Below, piece by piece: positions 42,941 through 51,770 of a stretch of DNA of 64,000 bases (position 1 is its first letter; each line of letters opens with the position of its first letter). Position numbers and translations under genes: made by a program. This DNA is from Candidatus Parcubacteria bacterium (lineage in GTDB: Bacteria; Patescibacteriota; Patescibacteriia; UBA1558; GWA2-36-10): assembly GCA_018669975.1 (NCBI GenBank), contig JABHSK010000001.1, positions 24,394 through 88,393 on the forward strand, given 5' to 3'. The notes under the pieces are model-generated. The model ran no database searches. It was not told where the DNA came from and saw only the letters and a list, made by a program, of their open reading frames with translations.

Positions 42941-44080
42941 TTATTGTCTAATAAAAAATGTTCCTAGATACATAAATTTATTATCTTGAGAAAATTTGAA
43001 AAACCTAGCTGAATTTGGTGTTGGCAATGGATTGACATCCCAATTCTTACCACCATCTATAGAATGATAAATAGCTACCGTAGTACCATAAAATATTTCA
43101 TTGGTATTTTGCGGATTAACCTCAAAGGCATATATAACATCACCTCTGTTTGGTGATAATAGCTCTACTTGTTGCCAAGTTTGACTATCCTTTAACCTAA
43201 ATAAACCAGTATTATTCACAAAAAGAATACCATCTGGAACACTTTTGTCTATGCCAATATATAAAGCATTAATATATCCTGTACTTTTTAAACTAGCAGC
43301 GTCTTCGATACCCGGATCATCTGGCTCAATAATCGGCAATTCCATTAAGTCTTGAAAATTAGCAGCTCCATCGACACTCTTAAATAAACCTTTATTGGCT
43401 ACATTCACATACACAATATTTCCATCAATGTGATTTTGAGCAACTAGGAAAGTTATTTTCTGATCAAATCTATGAATAGTATCCCAAGAACGACCGTAGT
43501 CATGACTCTTTAAAAACTTACCGTCAGAAGTTCCTGCATAAATCACACGATTATCACTACCATTAACTGCTACTGTAGTCATAAATTGACCAGGCTTAGT
43601 TTCAAAGTAAACCCTATCCCAACTTCGTGAACAATCTGTTGATTTGTACAAACTATTATGAACAGCTACATAAACGGTACATTTATTTCTAGGATCTACA
43701 GCTATAGAATTGACAGTCCCCAAATCTCTTAAAGTGTTAAACCAGCCATTGCCATAATTATATGAATAATACACACCATTAACTTGAGTACCTAAATAAA
43801 TAGTTGCTGGATCAGACGGATCTTCAGCATAAACAGTCAAGTTGGTTGCATTGAAATTAACTTGTTGACCACCAATAGTATATAGATTGGTAACGTGGTC
43901 CCAGGTTTTTCCTAAATTGGCGGTTCTAAATAAACCACCGTAAGCTAAATTACCTGCCGCGCTATCTTTCTTTTTGATATTAATACCTAAACATCCAGAA
44001 AGTACTAACGGCAAGATTAAAACTAGCAGCCAAAATTTATTAAATGATAATTTTTGTTTTTTCATGTATTTATTTAACAC
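42941..44080 (-). CDS. Secreted or lipoprotein with BNR/Asp-box repeats (Ycf48/sialidase-like beta-propeller).
   Basis: Signal peptide with lipobox (LSGC). At least five S-x-D-x-G-x-x-W repeats (TANLGKTW, SYNYGNGW, STDCSRSW, SHDYGRSW, SIDGGKNW). Confidence 0.6.
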   Translation of the reverse strand: MLNKYMKKQKLSFNKFWLLVLILPLVLSGCLGINIKKKDSAAGNLAYGGLFRTANLGKTWDHVTNLYTIGGQQVNFNATNLTVYAEDPSDPATIYLGTQVNGVYYSYNYGNGWFNTLRDLGTVNSIAVDPRNKCTVYVAVHNSLYKSTDCSRSWDRVYFETKPGQFMTTVAVNGSDNRVIYAGTSDGKFLKSHDYGRSWDTIHRFDQKITFLVAQNHIDGNIVYVNVANKGLFKSVDGAANFQDLMELPIIEPDDPGIEDAASLKSTGYINALYIGIDKSVPDGILFVNNTGLFRLKDSQTWQQVELLSPNRGDVIYAFEVNPQNTNEIFYGTTVAIYHSIDGGKNWDVNPLPTPNSARFFKFSQDNKFMYLGTFFIRQ

Positions 44081-45107
44081 TTAAAAGTAAGTTTTCCCAC
44101 AGCAACTGTGGTGAAACATTATATTTTAATTTAGTTTTTATTTTGCTTAAAGATATTAAATTCTGAAAAAGTTTTTTGGCTGTAAACTGATTAGCCAAAT
44201 CCTGTAATTCTTTATGGTACACTTCGTTAACTACTGGACGATCTAGTTTTATCCATAACAGATCTCGTAAAAATACTTCAAATAAATTCAAATATTGCTC
44301 TGTTAAATTCCCTAACTCATACATTTTGAATCCTGGGTGTTCCTTTTTTAAAATTTCAAACCATTTATCAATAGTGTTCATGTATACGAAAGTATTACTG
44401 GATAACAATTTAATAACAAAATTACAGCTTTTCTTGAAGCTCTCGAGATTATCATTCATTAAATCTAAAGCAATACCGGGCTTACCAAAAGATAAGTTCA
44501 TAATGGTCTTTTTTTCATCTTGACCAAAATCATAATTATCTAACCATTTTTCCATATCATCACGAGATAAAGATTGAAATTTTATCAATTGACATCGTGA
44601 AATAACAGTAGCTGGAAGATTGCTAATAGAATCAGCTATCAAAATAATAGTAGTATTGCGCGGTGGTTCTTCAAGTGTTTTTAATAAGGCATTGGCACCA
44701 AATAAATTTACGTTTTCTGCTCCATAAATTATAGCTAACTTTTTATCAGCACTAACATTAGATAAAGATAATTTGTGCAAGAACTCCCTAATATTTTCTA
44801 CTGACAAGTCTTCGTTGCGGCCAAGTTTGTGTAAATCTAAAAAAGTATTCTTCTTAATTAAACGACAATGATAACATTTCTGACATGGTCTAGTCTCCTG
44901 ATCCTGACACAATAATGATTGCACGAAGTAGTCTACTACCATTTTTTTACCTAATCCCCTAGGCCCATAAAACAAATACGTATTAGCCAGCTTGTTTTGA
45001 CTAACCGTTTCCTGCAAATACTTTAACTGATTTTGGTGACCATAAATCGGCCATGTAAACTTATATGACATTGACTTTAAAATACCATTTTTGGCAGGAA
45101 AAATCAA
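44070..45107 (-). CDS. holB: DNA polymerase III delta-prime subunit-like AAA protein.
   Basis: Walker-like YGPRGLGKK and the clamp-loader SRCQ motif. Confidence 0.65.
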   Translation of the reverse strand: MIFPAKNGILKSMSYKFTWPIYGHQNQLKYLQETVSQNKLANTYLFYGPRGLGKKMVVDYFVQSLLCQDQETRPCQKCYHCRLIKKNTFLDLHKLGRNEDLSVENIREFLHKLSLSNVSADKKLAIIYGAENVNLFGANALLKTLEEPPRNTTIILIADSISNLPATVISRCQLIKFQSLSRDDMEKWLDNYDFGQDEKKTIMNLSFGKPGIALDLMNDNLESFKKSCNFVIKLLSSNTFVYMNTIDKWFEILKKEHPGFKMYELGNLTEQYLNLFEVFLRDLLWIKLDRPVVNEVYHKELQDLANQFTAKKLFQNLISLSKIKTKLKYNVSPQLLWENLLLSVK

Positions 45108-45118
45108 TGTTTATAACC

Positions 45119-45150
45119 TTGACAATAAATAGCCTCTATGGTTTTATAAT
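45119..45150 (+). promoter_or_regulatory. Promoter for the GC-rich membrane-protein gene (TTGACA ... TATAAT region).
   Basis: Consensus -35 and a perfect TATAAT with somewhat long spacing. SD AAAAGGAG lies 5 nt before the ATG at 45196. Confidence 0.4.
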
Positions 45151-45195
45151 GACAATCTTCCTAGAACATTTCAAACACTCTCAAAAGGAGAAAAA

Positions 45196-45576
45196 ATGGA
45201 ACGCTTAAAGTCAATCTTTAGTAGAATTTCCTTTATCTTTTGGATTCTCGTCTACGCCATAGTCTTCAATGGCCTCTATGACATCGGGTTGGATATCGCA
45301 CCTGGTGCCAAGTCTGCCATCATCTGCGGCCTCTTGGCTGGCACTTTCCTGGTCTATACAGTCCATAGATACAAAAATCATATTTGCACCACCCTCCGCT
45401 GCCGCATGTACAACGGCGCTGCTGTCTTCATTTTTATCTCTCTCTTGGATATCAAAAAGTACGCCACCAACGATCTGGCGATTCGCACTGTCTCTGCTAT
45501 GATGGTATATACCATCATCACACTGTTCGCTCTCTGGTTGGCTCGCCGCAGAAATGCCACCACGGCTACTCCTTGA
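45196..45576 (+). CDS. Small polytopic membrane protein (126 aa) with markedly higher GC than its neighbours, probably horizontally acquired. Function unknown.
   Basis: Own promoter, SD and perfect terminator. About 50% GC, which is why several overlapping alternative-frame ORFs are reported here. Confidence 0.55.
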   Translation: MERLKSIFSRISFIFWILVYAIVFNGLYDIGLDIAPGAKSAIICGLLAGTFLVYTVHRYKNHICTTLRCRMYNGAAVFIFISLLDIKKYATNDLAIRTVSAMMVYTIITLFALWLARRRNATTATP

Positions 45577-45583
45577 TTATCTC

Positions 45584-45607
45584 GTCCTACTTCGGTAGGA
45601 CTTTTTT
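45584..45607 (+). terminator. Intrinsic terminator (gtcctac ttcg gtaggac plus T6).
   Basis: Perfect 7-bp stem with tetraloop and U-tract. Confidence 0.7.
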
Positions 45608-45611
45608 ATTT

Positions 45612-45641
45612 AAAAATAAAAAACCCTGCCCTAGGCAGGAT
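45612..45641 (-). terminator. Intrinsic terminator for rnhA (cctgcc tagg gcagg plus T-run on the minus strand).
   Basis: Inverted repeat with a U-tract. Confidence 0.5.
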
Positions 45642-45647
45642 TTAATT

Positions 45648-46046
45648 TTATGATAATTCTTCGTCTAGCGCTTTATTGACTAAAGCATCTGCTGCTTTAT
45701 TCTGCTCACGCCGAACGTGTGTAAAAGTTATATTTTTAAATTTCATTGTCATATTCCAAACTTTTACAAAAAGCTTGGCCAATTCCTTATCTTTTACTTT
45801 GTATCTTTTATTTAGTTGTTCAACAATCAATTCACTATCCAAAAAACAATCAACTTCCGAAATATTTTTTTCCAGGGCTAACTCTACGCCACGGATAATT
45901 GCCTTATACTCAGCTTGATTATTGGTACCTTCGCCTATATATTCTGAAAAATTACCTACTTCTTTATCCTCTTCATAAAGAACACCACCAATAGCTGATG
46001 GTCCAGGATTACCTCTAGCTCCTCCGTCAGTAAAAAGCTTATGCAT
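45648..46046 (-). CDS. rnhA: Ribonuclease HI.
   Basis: DGGARGNPGPSAIG, TNNQAEYKA and HVRREQNKAAD catalytic motifs. Confidence 0.85.
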   Translation of the reverse strand: MHKLFTDGGARGNPGPSAIGGVLYEEDKEVGNFSEYIGEGTNNQAEYKAIIRGVELALEKNISEVDCFLDSELIVEQLNKRYKVKDKELAKLFVKVWNMTMKFKNITFTHVRREQNKAADALVNKALDEELS

Positions 46047-47739
46047 CTTTCTTGATATCTTTAATTATTAATTGTATCTCTCTATTACCATTCCACTGGT
46101 TGATACTTAAATTATATACCACATCAATCTTGTCTCCAATCTCTAAATCTACATTTCCTAAACCAAAAGCAATGGCATCGCGCTTTTTATTGTCTTTTAC
46201 TAGTTCTAATTTCCAATGCTTGGCATCATTACCTACTTTTCTAGCAGCTGTTACCAATAAATCTGTAGACATAAATAGAGGTTCTGCATTACCTTGTCCA
46301 AAAGGTTTAAATTTATCCAACAAATCAACTATCTCCCAAGATATATCTTTAAAATTAATAACTATCTCTATTTCTAATTTAGTTAAAAATTCAACACCGT
46401 GCAACTGCTCGTTTGCTCGCTTCTGCATGTTGCTAATAAATTTGTCCTTATTATCTTTACTTATAGAAAAACCACAGGCCTGGGGATGACCACCAAAACG
46501 AAGTAATAGGTCAGCATTGGCTTGTAAAGATTCTACAATATTAAATGCGGGAATACTTCGACCAGAACCAACAACATCACCACTTTCACTATCAGTCATA
46601 ACTATACAAGGTCTAGCGTGTTTACGAACTAGCCTAGAGGCTACCAAGCCAGTTAAACCAGCCGCCCAATCTGATTGATAAAAAAATAATAGACTTTCCT
46701 TATCACTAACCTCTTGAGCATCTGCCTGACGCACAATTTTCTCAGTCACTTTCTGACGATCTATATTTGATTGATTGAGCTCAACAGCTAATTCTTGTGC
46801 CTTATCAGCATCTGGCTCAGTTAATAAATAAAAGGCTAAATTGGCATGATCCATACGACCAGCGGCATTAATCCTTGGCGCTATAGAAAAACCTATACTG
46901 CGAGTATCTACTTTGTCTGCGCTCAAATTAGCTACTTCCATTAATTTCTGCAAACCAATACGTTGGGTTTTTTTAAGTACTATCAAACCATATTTAAGTA
47001 AAGTACGATTTTCTCCTATTAGGGGCACCATATCAGCTACTAAGGAAATAGCCACTAAATCCAATAACCATTTCTCATGACTTTCTTTATCCTTATCTGA
47101 CAAAGCGCTACTTTTGTGTTTAATCAAACCTTGCACCAATTTGAAAGCCACTGCTCCCCCAGCTAAAAACTTAAAAGGATAACTATCATAAACTTGCGGA
47201 TGAATAATAGCCATAGCTTTTGGTAGATTGTCTGGCACAGTATGATGATCTGTAATAATTACATCTAAGCCTTTTTCATTGGCTAAATCAACCTCTTCTG
47301 TGTTACTAATTCCGCAATCACAGGTAATAATTAATTTAGTTTTGTTGCTAGCTAGTTTTTCAACTGCTTTTTTGTTGAGTCCATAACCCTCTTTTTCTCT
47401 GTGTGGTAAATAGGCTTCTACTTTAGCTCCTAGATTCTCCAAGCCAGTTTTAAGAATAACTGCCGCGCTAACACCATCAGCGTCATAGTCTCCATAAACC
47501 GTAATCAACTCTTTTTTATCAATAGCTTGATAAATACGTTCACAAGCCTTGGTCATGTCCTTAAATAAAAAAGGATCATGGATATCCTGACTATAATCGG
47601 GCATCAAAAACTCATCTATCTTTTCTTGTGTATCAATACCACGATTATAAAGCAACTGAGCTACAGTTGGGTGTAATTCAGGATACTTTTCTATTATTTT
47701 ATTGTCTACAGGTTTTGGCTGTTGCCAAATATGTGACAT
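46039..47739 (-). CDS. recJ: Single-stranded-DNA-specific exonuclease RecJ.
   Basis: DHH motifs (YGDYDADGVS, ITCDCG, DHH) and a DHHA1 domain (GGHPQACG). Confidence 0.85.
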   Translation of the reverse strand: MSHIWQQPKPVDNKIIEKYPELHPTVAQLLYNRGIDTQEKIDEFLMPDYSQDIHDPFLFKDMTKACERIYQAIDKKELITVYGDYDADGVSAAVILKTGLENLGAKVEAYLPHREKEGYGLNKKAVEKLASNKTKLIITCDCGISNTEEVDLANEKGLDVIITDHHTVPDNLPKAMAIIHPQVYDSYPFKFLAGGAVAFKLVQGLIKHKSSALSDKDKESHEKWLLDLVAISLVADMVPLIGENRTLLKYGLIVLKKTQRIGLQKLMEVANLSADKVDTRSIGFSIAPRINAAGRMDHANLAFYLLTEPDADKAQELAVELNQSNIDRQKVTEKIVRQADAQEVSDKESLLFFYQSDWAAGLTGLVASRLVRKHARPCIVMTDSESGDVVGSGRSIPAFNIVESLQANADLLLRFGGHPQACGFSISKDNKDKFISNMQKRANEQLHGVEFLTKLEIEIVINFKDISWEIVDLLDKFKPFGQGNAEPLFMSTDLLVTAARKVGNDAKHWKLELVKDNKKRDAIAFGLGNVDLEIGDKIDVVYNLSINQWNGNREIQLIIKDIKKDA

Positions 47740-47841
47740 ATGTTGATAATTAATGACTTGCTACATTGTAGCAATAATTTTATCTTTTTACCAATAAATA
47801 AACCCCTGACTATATTAAGGGGCTTATTTAGATATAATACA

Positions 47842-48291
47842 CTATTTTACTTTAATAACTTTAACTTTAATTGGTTTCTTTTTGACTGGTTTTGGTTCTT
47901 CTTTCTTTTTTTCAACCCTATCTTCTTTGACTGCTATTACTGGTTTTGGTTCTTCTTTCTTTTTTTCAATCTTCTTCTCTTTTACTTGTTTGACTGGTTT
48001 TGGTTCTTTTATTCTAATTTTCTTTGGTTGATTTTTTTTAAGCTCCATTAATAAAAATAATAGGCCAACCGCTAACAGCAGTAATCCTCCTAAAATAAAC
48101 CAAAAATAAACATTATCCATATTAAAAAATGAATAATAAACAGGTTCAACATTACCTTGAGTGTATTCTGTGGTTAGTTGTTGTAATTCCTGATTTAGTT
48201 CATTTAGTTTAGCATCTGACTCGGCTAAGTTCTCCAAGACCTGACTTGTTTCTTGAGCTAAAGCTTTAGGAATTATTTTTTCAATAAACAT
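47842..48291 (-). CDS. Membrane protein with a Lys/Glu/Pro-rich tandem-repeat C-terminus.
   Basis: One TM helix. Repeats KKKEEPKPV are encoded by a tandem DNA repeat with a period of about 57 nt. Confidence 0.5.
   Translation of the reverse strand: MFIEKIIPKALAQETSQVLENLAESDAKLNELNQELQQLTTEYTQGNVEPVYYSFFNMDNVYFWFILGGLLLLAVGLLFLLMELKKNQPKKIRIKEPKPVKQVKEKKIEKKKEEPKPVIAVKEDRVEKKKEEPKPVKKKPIKVKVIKVK
47876..48030. repeat. Tandem direct repeat of about 57 nt (roughly 2.5 copies) encoding KEP-rich repeats.
   Basis: The string ttttggttcttctttcttttttt caa... recurs in register. Confidence 0.5.
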
Positions 48292-49418
48292 TTGTATGTT
48301 TTTTCTGCTAAATTATTTATTTCACCTTCGGGTGCTATTAATATTCGGCAACCTTTAGGCTTTACTATATTACGCATTACCATGCGCCTAATGATGGGAC
48401 TATTGATGCCTACTGCCCCAGTAAATACTATGGCATCTAATTTCTTACTCATGCCTACATATGAAGCTAAATAACGACGAATATCATAGACATAAACTCC
48501 CAGTGCCAATTTTGCCTGCTGTCTATCTATTTTGCTAAATTTACGCTTATTCTTATACCCAGGTACTCGATATCCAGCTGCTAACAATATATCCCTAAGG
48601 TCTGCCATATTGGCTAAGCCAAGTAATCCAGATTTATTATTTAATAGCTGCTTAATTTTTATCAGCGGCATCTTGAGCTCATCGGCTAAGAAAAATACTA
48701 TACTAGCTGGAATATCACCGCTACGGGTAGACATAGTCAGACCTTCGTTTGGTGAAAAGCCCATAGTAGTGTCTTTAACCTTGCCGTCTATATACCAAGT
48801 CAAACTAGAACCAGAACCTAAATGACAAGTAACCGCCTTAAACTTATTTATTTTTTTATGTAAAGATTTAGCAGCGTACTTAGTAGCCATTTCATGGCTC
48901 AAACCATGAAAACCATACTTTCTGATTTTATCTTGTTTATAAAATTTACTAGGCAATGAATATAGATATACCTCTGGTTTGAGATCTTGGTACCAAGCAG
49001 TATCAAAGCTAGCTGACATTTTTATTCTTGGCCAAGTATCTTTAACTAAGCTCATTAATTCCAGACTAACTGGATTGTGCAAAGGAGCTAATTTATTATA
49101 CTTTTTTATCTTATTAAAAAATTGTTTATTGATCTTGACTGTATTTGTAAATTCTTCGCCGCCATGCACCATCCGGAAGCCTACATAACGAATATCATAG
49201 TTTGCTAAAATTTCCTCTAAATAATTCCACCAAGTTTTAAGATTGTAGGCAGTGGCAATATTTATCTTGGTTTTTTTGTAAGTCAAAACACTCTTTCCAG
49301 CCAATAAAGAAATTCCACCCGATAAAATTTCCTTGCCCAGACTCTTATCAACTTCGAAAATAGCAAATTTTAAACTACTACTTCCAGTATTTAAAACTAA
49401 TAGGTGTTTTTTTATCAT
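48273..49418 (-). CDS. ackA: Acetate kinase.
   Basis: LVLNTGSSSLKFAIFE N-terminus; ASKHA fold motifs. Confidence 0.85.
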   Translation of the reverse strand: MIKKHLLVLNTGSSSLKFAIFEVDKSLGKEILSGGISLLAGKSVLTYKKTKINIATAYNLKTWWNYLEEILANYDIRYVGFRMVHGGEEFTNTVKINKQFFNKIKKYNKLAPLHNPVSLELMSLVKDTWPRIKMSASFDTAWYQDLKPEVYLYSLPSKFYKQDKIRKYGFHGLSHEMATKYAAKSLHKKINKFKAVTCHLGSGSSLTWYIDGKVKDTTMGFSPNEGLTMSTRSGDIPASIVFFLADELKMPLIKIKQLLNNKSGLLGLANMADLRDILLAAGYRVPGYKNKRKFSKIDRQQAKLALGVYVYDIRRYLASYVGMSKKLDAIVFTGAVGINSPIIRRMVMRNIVKPKGCRILIAPEGEINNLAEKTYKCLLKK

Positions 49419-49981
49419 ATATCTAAATCTATCACAGTACAGGTGAGTAAACCTGCTGCATTAGCCTCATCGGTATCTAAATGAATCCTGGTAGCAAAAT
49501 TACCGACTCTGGCTACAATTTCTCCAATCTCCATAGCTCTTGAGCCTTTAATCACTGCCTTTACTTTTTGACCATTTTTAATCTTCCATTTTTTAGCATC
49601 TTCCTTAGATATGTGCAGATGTCGCTTAGCTATTATAAGACCCGCGGTTAATTTTAAACTACCTTTCGGCCCTTTTAACGTTACTCCTCCAGGTGTACCT
49701 TTAAGGTCTCCAGAAACACGAAACTCTGGCCTAACCCCTAAAAGCCTACCATCACTGTAAGCTAATTCTATCTGCGTTTTAGGTCTGATAGGACCTACTA
49801 TACGCATCATAAATTTTCCTTTGGGTCCCTTAACTTCTACTTTTTCTTTAGCTGCAAATTCACCAGGTTGAGACAATTCTTCAGCTACATGCAATTCATA
49901 ATCCTTACCAAAAAGTTTGTTCAAATGGGCTCTGGAAATATGTAAGTGTCTAGCTGAAATTTCTGCTTTGACTTTTTTCAT
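49415..49981 (-). CDS. pduL: PduL-type phosphate acyltransferase (phosphotransacetylase function).
   Basis: Duplicated ARHLHIS / KRHLHIS motifs; translationally coupled to ackA. Confidence 0.75.
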   Translation of the reverse strand: MKKVKAEISARHLHISRAHLNKLFGKDYELHVAEELSQPGEFAAKEKVEVKGPKGKFMMRIVGPIRPKTQIELAYSDGRLLGVRPEFRVSGDLKGTPGGVTLKGPKGSLKLTAGLIIAKRHLHISKEDAKKWKIKNGQKVKAVIKGSRAMEIGEIVARVGNFATRIHLDTDEANAAGLLTCTVIDLDI

Positions 49982-49983
49982 AA

Positions 49984-50973
49984 TTATAACTTGTACTTTT
50001 TTAAATCTTTAGCTGTTAACAGACCTTCTTGAGCACCAATCTTCATGATTACAGAATTGCTATTTAATATAGCTAACTTTAAGGACTTATCTAAGTTCCA
50101 CTTATATTTGATCAAACCAGCCACTAAGCTAGAACCAAAGGAGTCCCCGGCTCCAGTAGTGTTAATACCGGCTCGTTTTTTTGCTGCCTTAAAATAAACC
50201 TTCTCACCGTCATAAAGATAAGCACCTCGATGTCCATCTGTAACCACGGTTAATTTTTGACCATATTTATGTAAACTCTTTAAAATATAGTTAATATTGT
50301 TGGTTACTTTCCCATCTTCGAGACTAACCAACAATTCTAAGGCCTCATCCCGATTAACATCAAAAACTGCGGTTTGTTTCATATACTTGGCTAATTTTTT
50401 CAAACCAAGTTTGAGTTGATTACTACCTGGATTCCAGGCAATCTGAATTTTCTTATTTGCACAATGACTAAAAAGATTGTTTAATTTGCCAGTAAAATTT
50501 CCAGATAAAGAGGTCAAATAGACCCAAGATGTATTTATTCTTTTAACCCTCTCTGGGCTGAGGTTAATCTTATTATTAGCACCACGATAAGCAAAAATAA
50601 CATGCTCATTATACTTACCAACATTAACTATAGCTGAGGTGCCTGTGCGAATTTTTTTATGCTCCTGAACAAACTTGGTATTAACCTTTTTGCTTTTTAG
50701 ATAACGAAAAATTTCTGTACCGACTAAATCGTCACCAACAGATAAAACAGTTTGGGTTTTTATGCCTAAACCAGCAAAATTGACTGCCGTATTCATACCA
50801 CCGCCACCATAGGTAAAATATACATCTTTACTGTAAATTTTAGCTCCATATTCAAAGGCAATTAGTTTTTGACGCAACAAATCCTGCTTATTATCGAGCA
50901 GTAACATATCATCAGTATAAAACATGATGTCGCGAGTAGCGCCGCCGATAGTTGTAACTGTATTTTTAATCAT
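49984..50973 (-). CDS. PfkB-family carbohydrate or nucleoside kinase.
   Basis: N-terminal GGGGMNTAVNFAGLG and C-terminal TTGAGDSFGSSLVAG motifs. Confidence 0.75.
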   Translation of the reverse strand: MIKNTVTTIGGATRDIMFYTDDMLLLDNKQDLLRQKLIAFEYGAKIYSKDVYFTYGGGGMNTAVNFAGLGIKTQTVLSVGDDLVGTEIFRYLKSKKVNTKFVQEHKKIRTGTSAIVNVGKYNEHVIFAYRGANNKINLSPERVKRINTSWVYLTSLSGNFTGKLNNLFSHCANKKIQIAWNPGSNQLKLGLKKLAKYMKQTAVFDVNRDEALELLVSLEDGKVTNNINYILKSLHKYGQKLTVVTDGHRGAYLYDGEKVYFKAAKKRAGINTTGAGDSFGSSLVAGLIKYKWNLDKSLKLAILNSNSVIMKIGAQEGLLTAKDLKKYKL

Positions 50974-50994
50974 GACTTATTTTTTAAAAAAATA

Positions 50995-51222
50995 CTAAAC
51001 GTAACGATGGTAATCTTTAATTTTATCAACAATCATCTTCATGATGTACAAAAAGATGGCAAACATGCCGCCAACAAAGAAAACCTGACCTCTCATGCCG
51101 ACTTCAAAGAATGACATTTGTTGTACCAAAGTGATGCCAACTAAAATTCCTAAAACTAAAGTGGACAAGAACAGTAACATTACTAAAGTAAAAATTAACT
51201 CTACAATTTTATGCAAAGACAT
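50995..51222 (-). CDS. Small membrane protein (75 aa).
   Basis: Two hydrophobic helices. Confidence 0.35.
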   Translation of the reverse strand: MSLHKIVELIFTLVMLLFLSTLVLGILVGITLVQQMSFFEVGMRGQVFFVGGMFAIFLYIMKMIVDKIKDYHRYV

Positions 51223-51296
51223 ACTTTTATATATTTATGAATTATTAATATCAACTTTATATATTATACCACAAAAACAAAAAAGCAGAAAAATAT

Positions 51297-51770
51297 TTAC
51301 TGCTTTCGAAATTTTATAATATTATAGCCAGCTACAGCCATGGCCACTCCGACATTAAGCGATTCTTTAATACCGTTCATGGGTAATGATATAGTAGTGT
51401 CAACTTTTTTCATCAAGGCTGATGATAAGCCACTGACTTCATTACCAACAATCAAGGCTAAGGGAAACTGAGGTTTAAATTCCAGATAATCAATTGACTC
51501 ACTACCAGTTTCTAAAGCCACTGTCTTAACACCCTCTCTGCGTAATTTATCTATCAAATAAGAAATATTTTTATAGTGTTGCCATGGAACTGAATCCTCT
51601 GCTCCCAGCGCTACTTTTGAGATTTCCTTACGCGGTGGTTGCCCAGAATAACCAGTTAAAAACAGCTGGTCTACTCCCATAGCATCAGCTGTACGAAACA
51701 TTGTTCCAATATTATAAAGACTGCGAATATTGTGAACAATTATATAAAAATCATTTTTATTTGTTGTCAT
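51297..51770 (-). CDS. SpoU/TrmH-family tRNA 2'-O-methyltransferase (TrmL-like size).
   Basis: 157 aa; SPOUT motifs (LIVGNEVSGLS, LNVGVAMAV). Confidence 0.7.
   Translation of the reverse strand: MTTNKNDFYIIVHNIRSLYNIGTMFRTADAMGVDQLFLTGYSGQPPRKEISKVALGAEDSVPWQHYKNISYLIDKLRREGVKTVALETGSESIDYLEFKPQFPLALIVGNEVSGLSSALMKKVDTTISLPMNGIKESLNVGVAMAVAGYNIIKFRKQ

Noticed and set aside
45269-45653. Alternative-frame ORFs overlapping the GC-rich membrane-protein gene
   Set aside because: This is the same GC effect. The frame at 45196-45576 has the promoter, SD and terminator.
47740-48051. Plus-strand 103-aa F/W-rich ORF
   Set aside because: It is antisense to the KEP-repeat gene and its low-complexity translation comes from the tandem DNA repeat.
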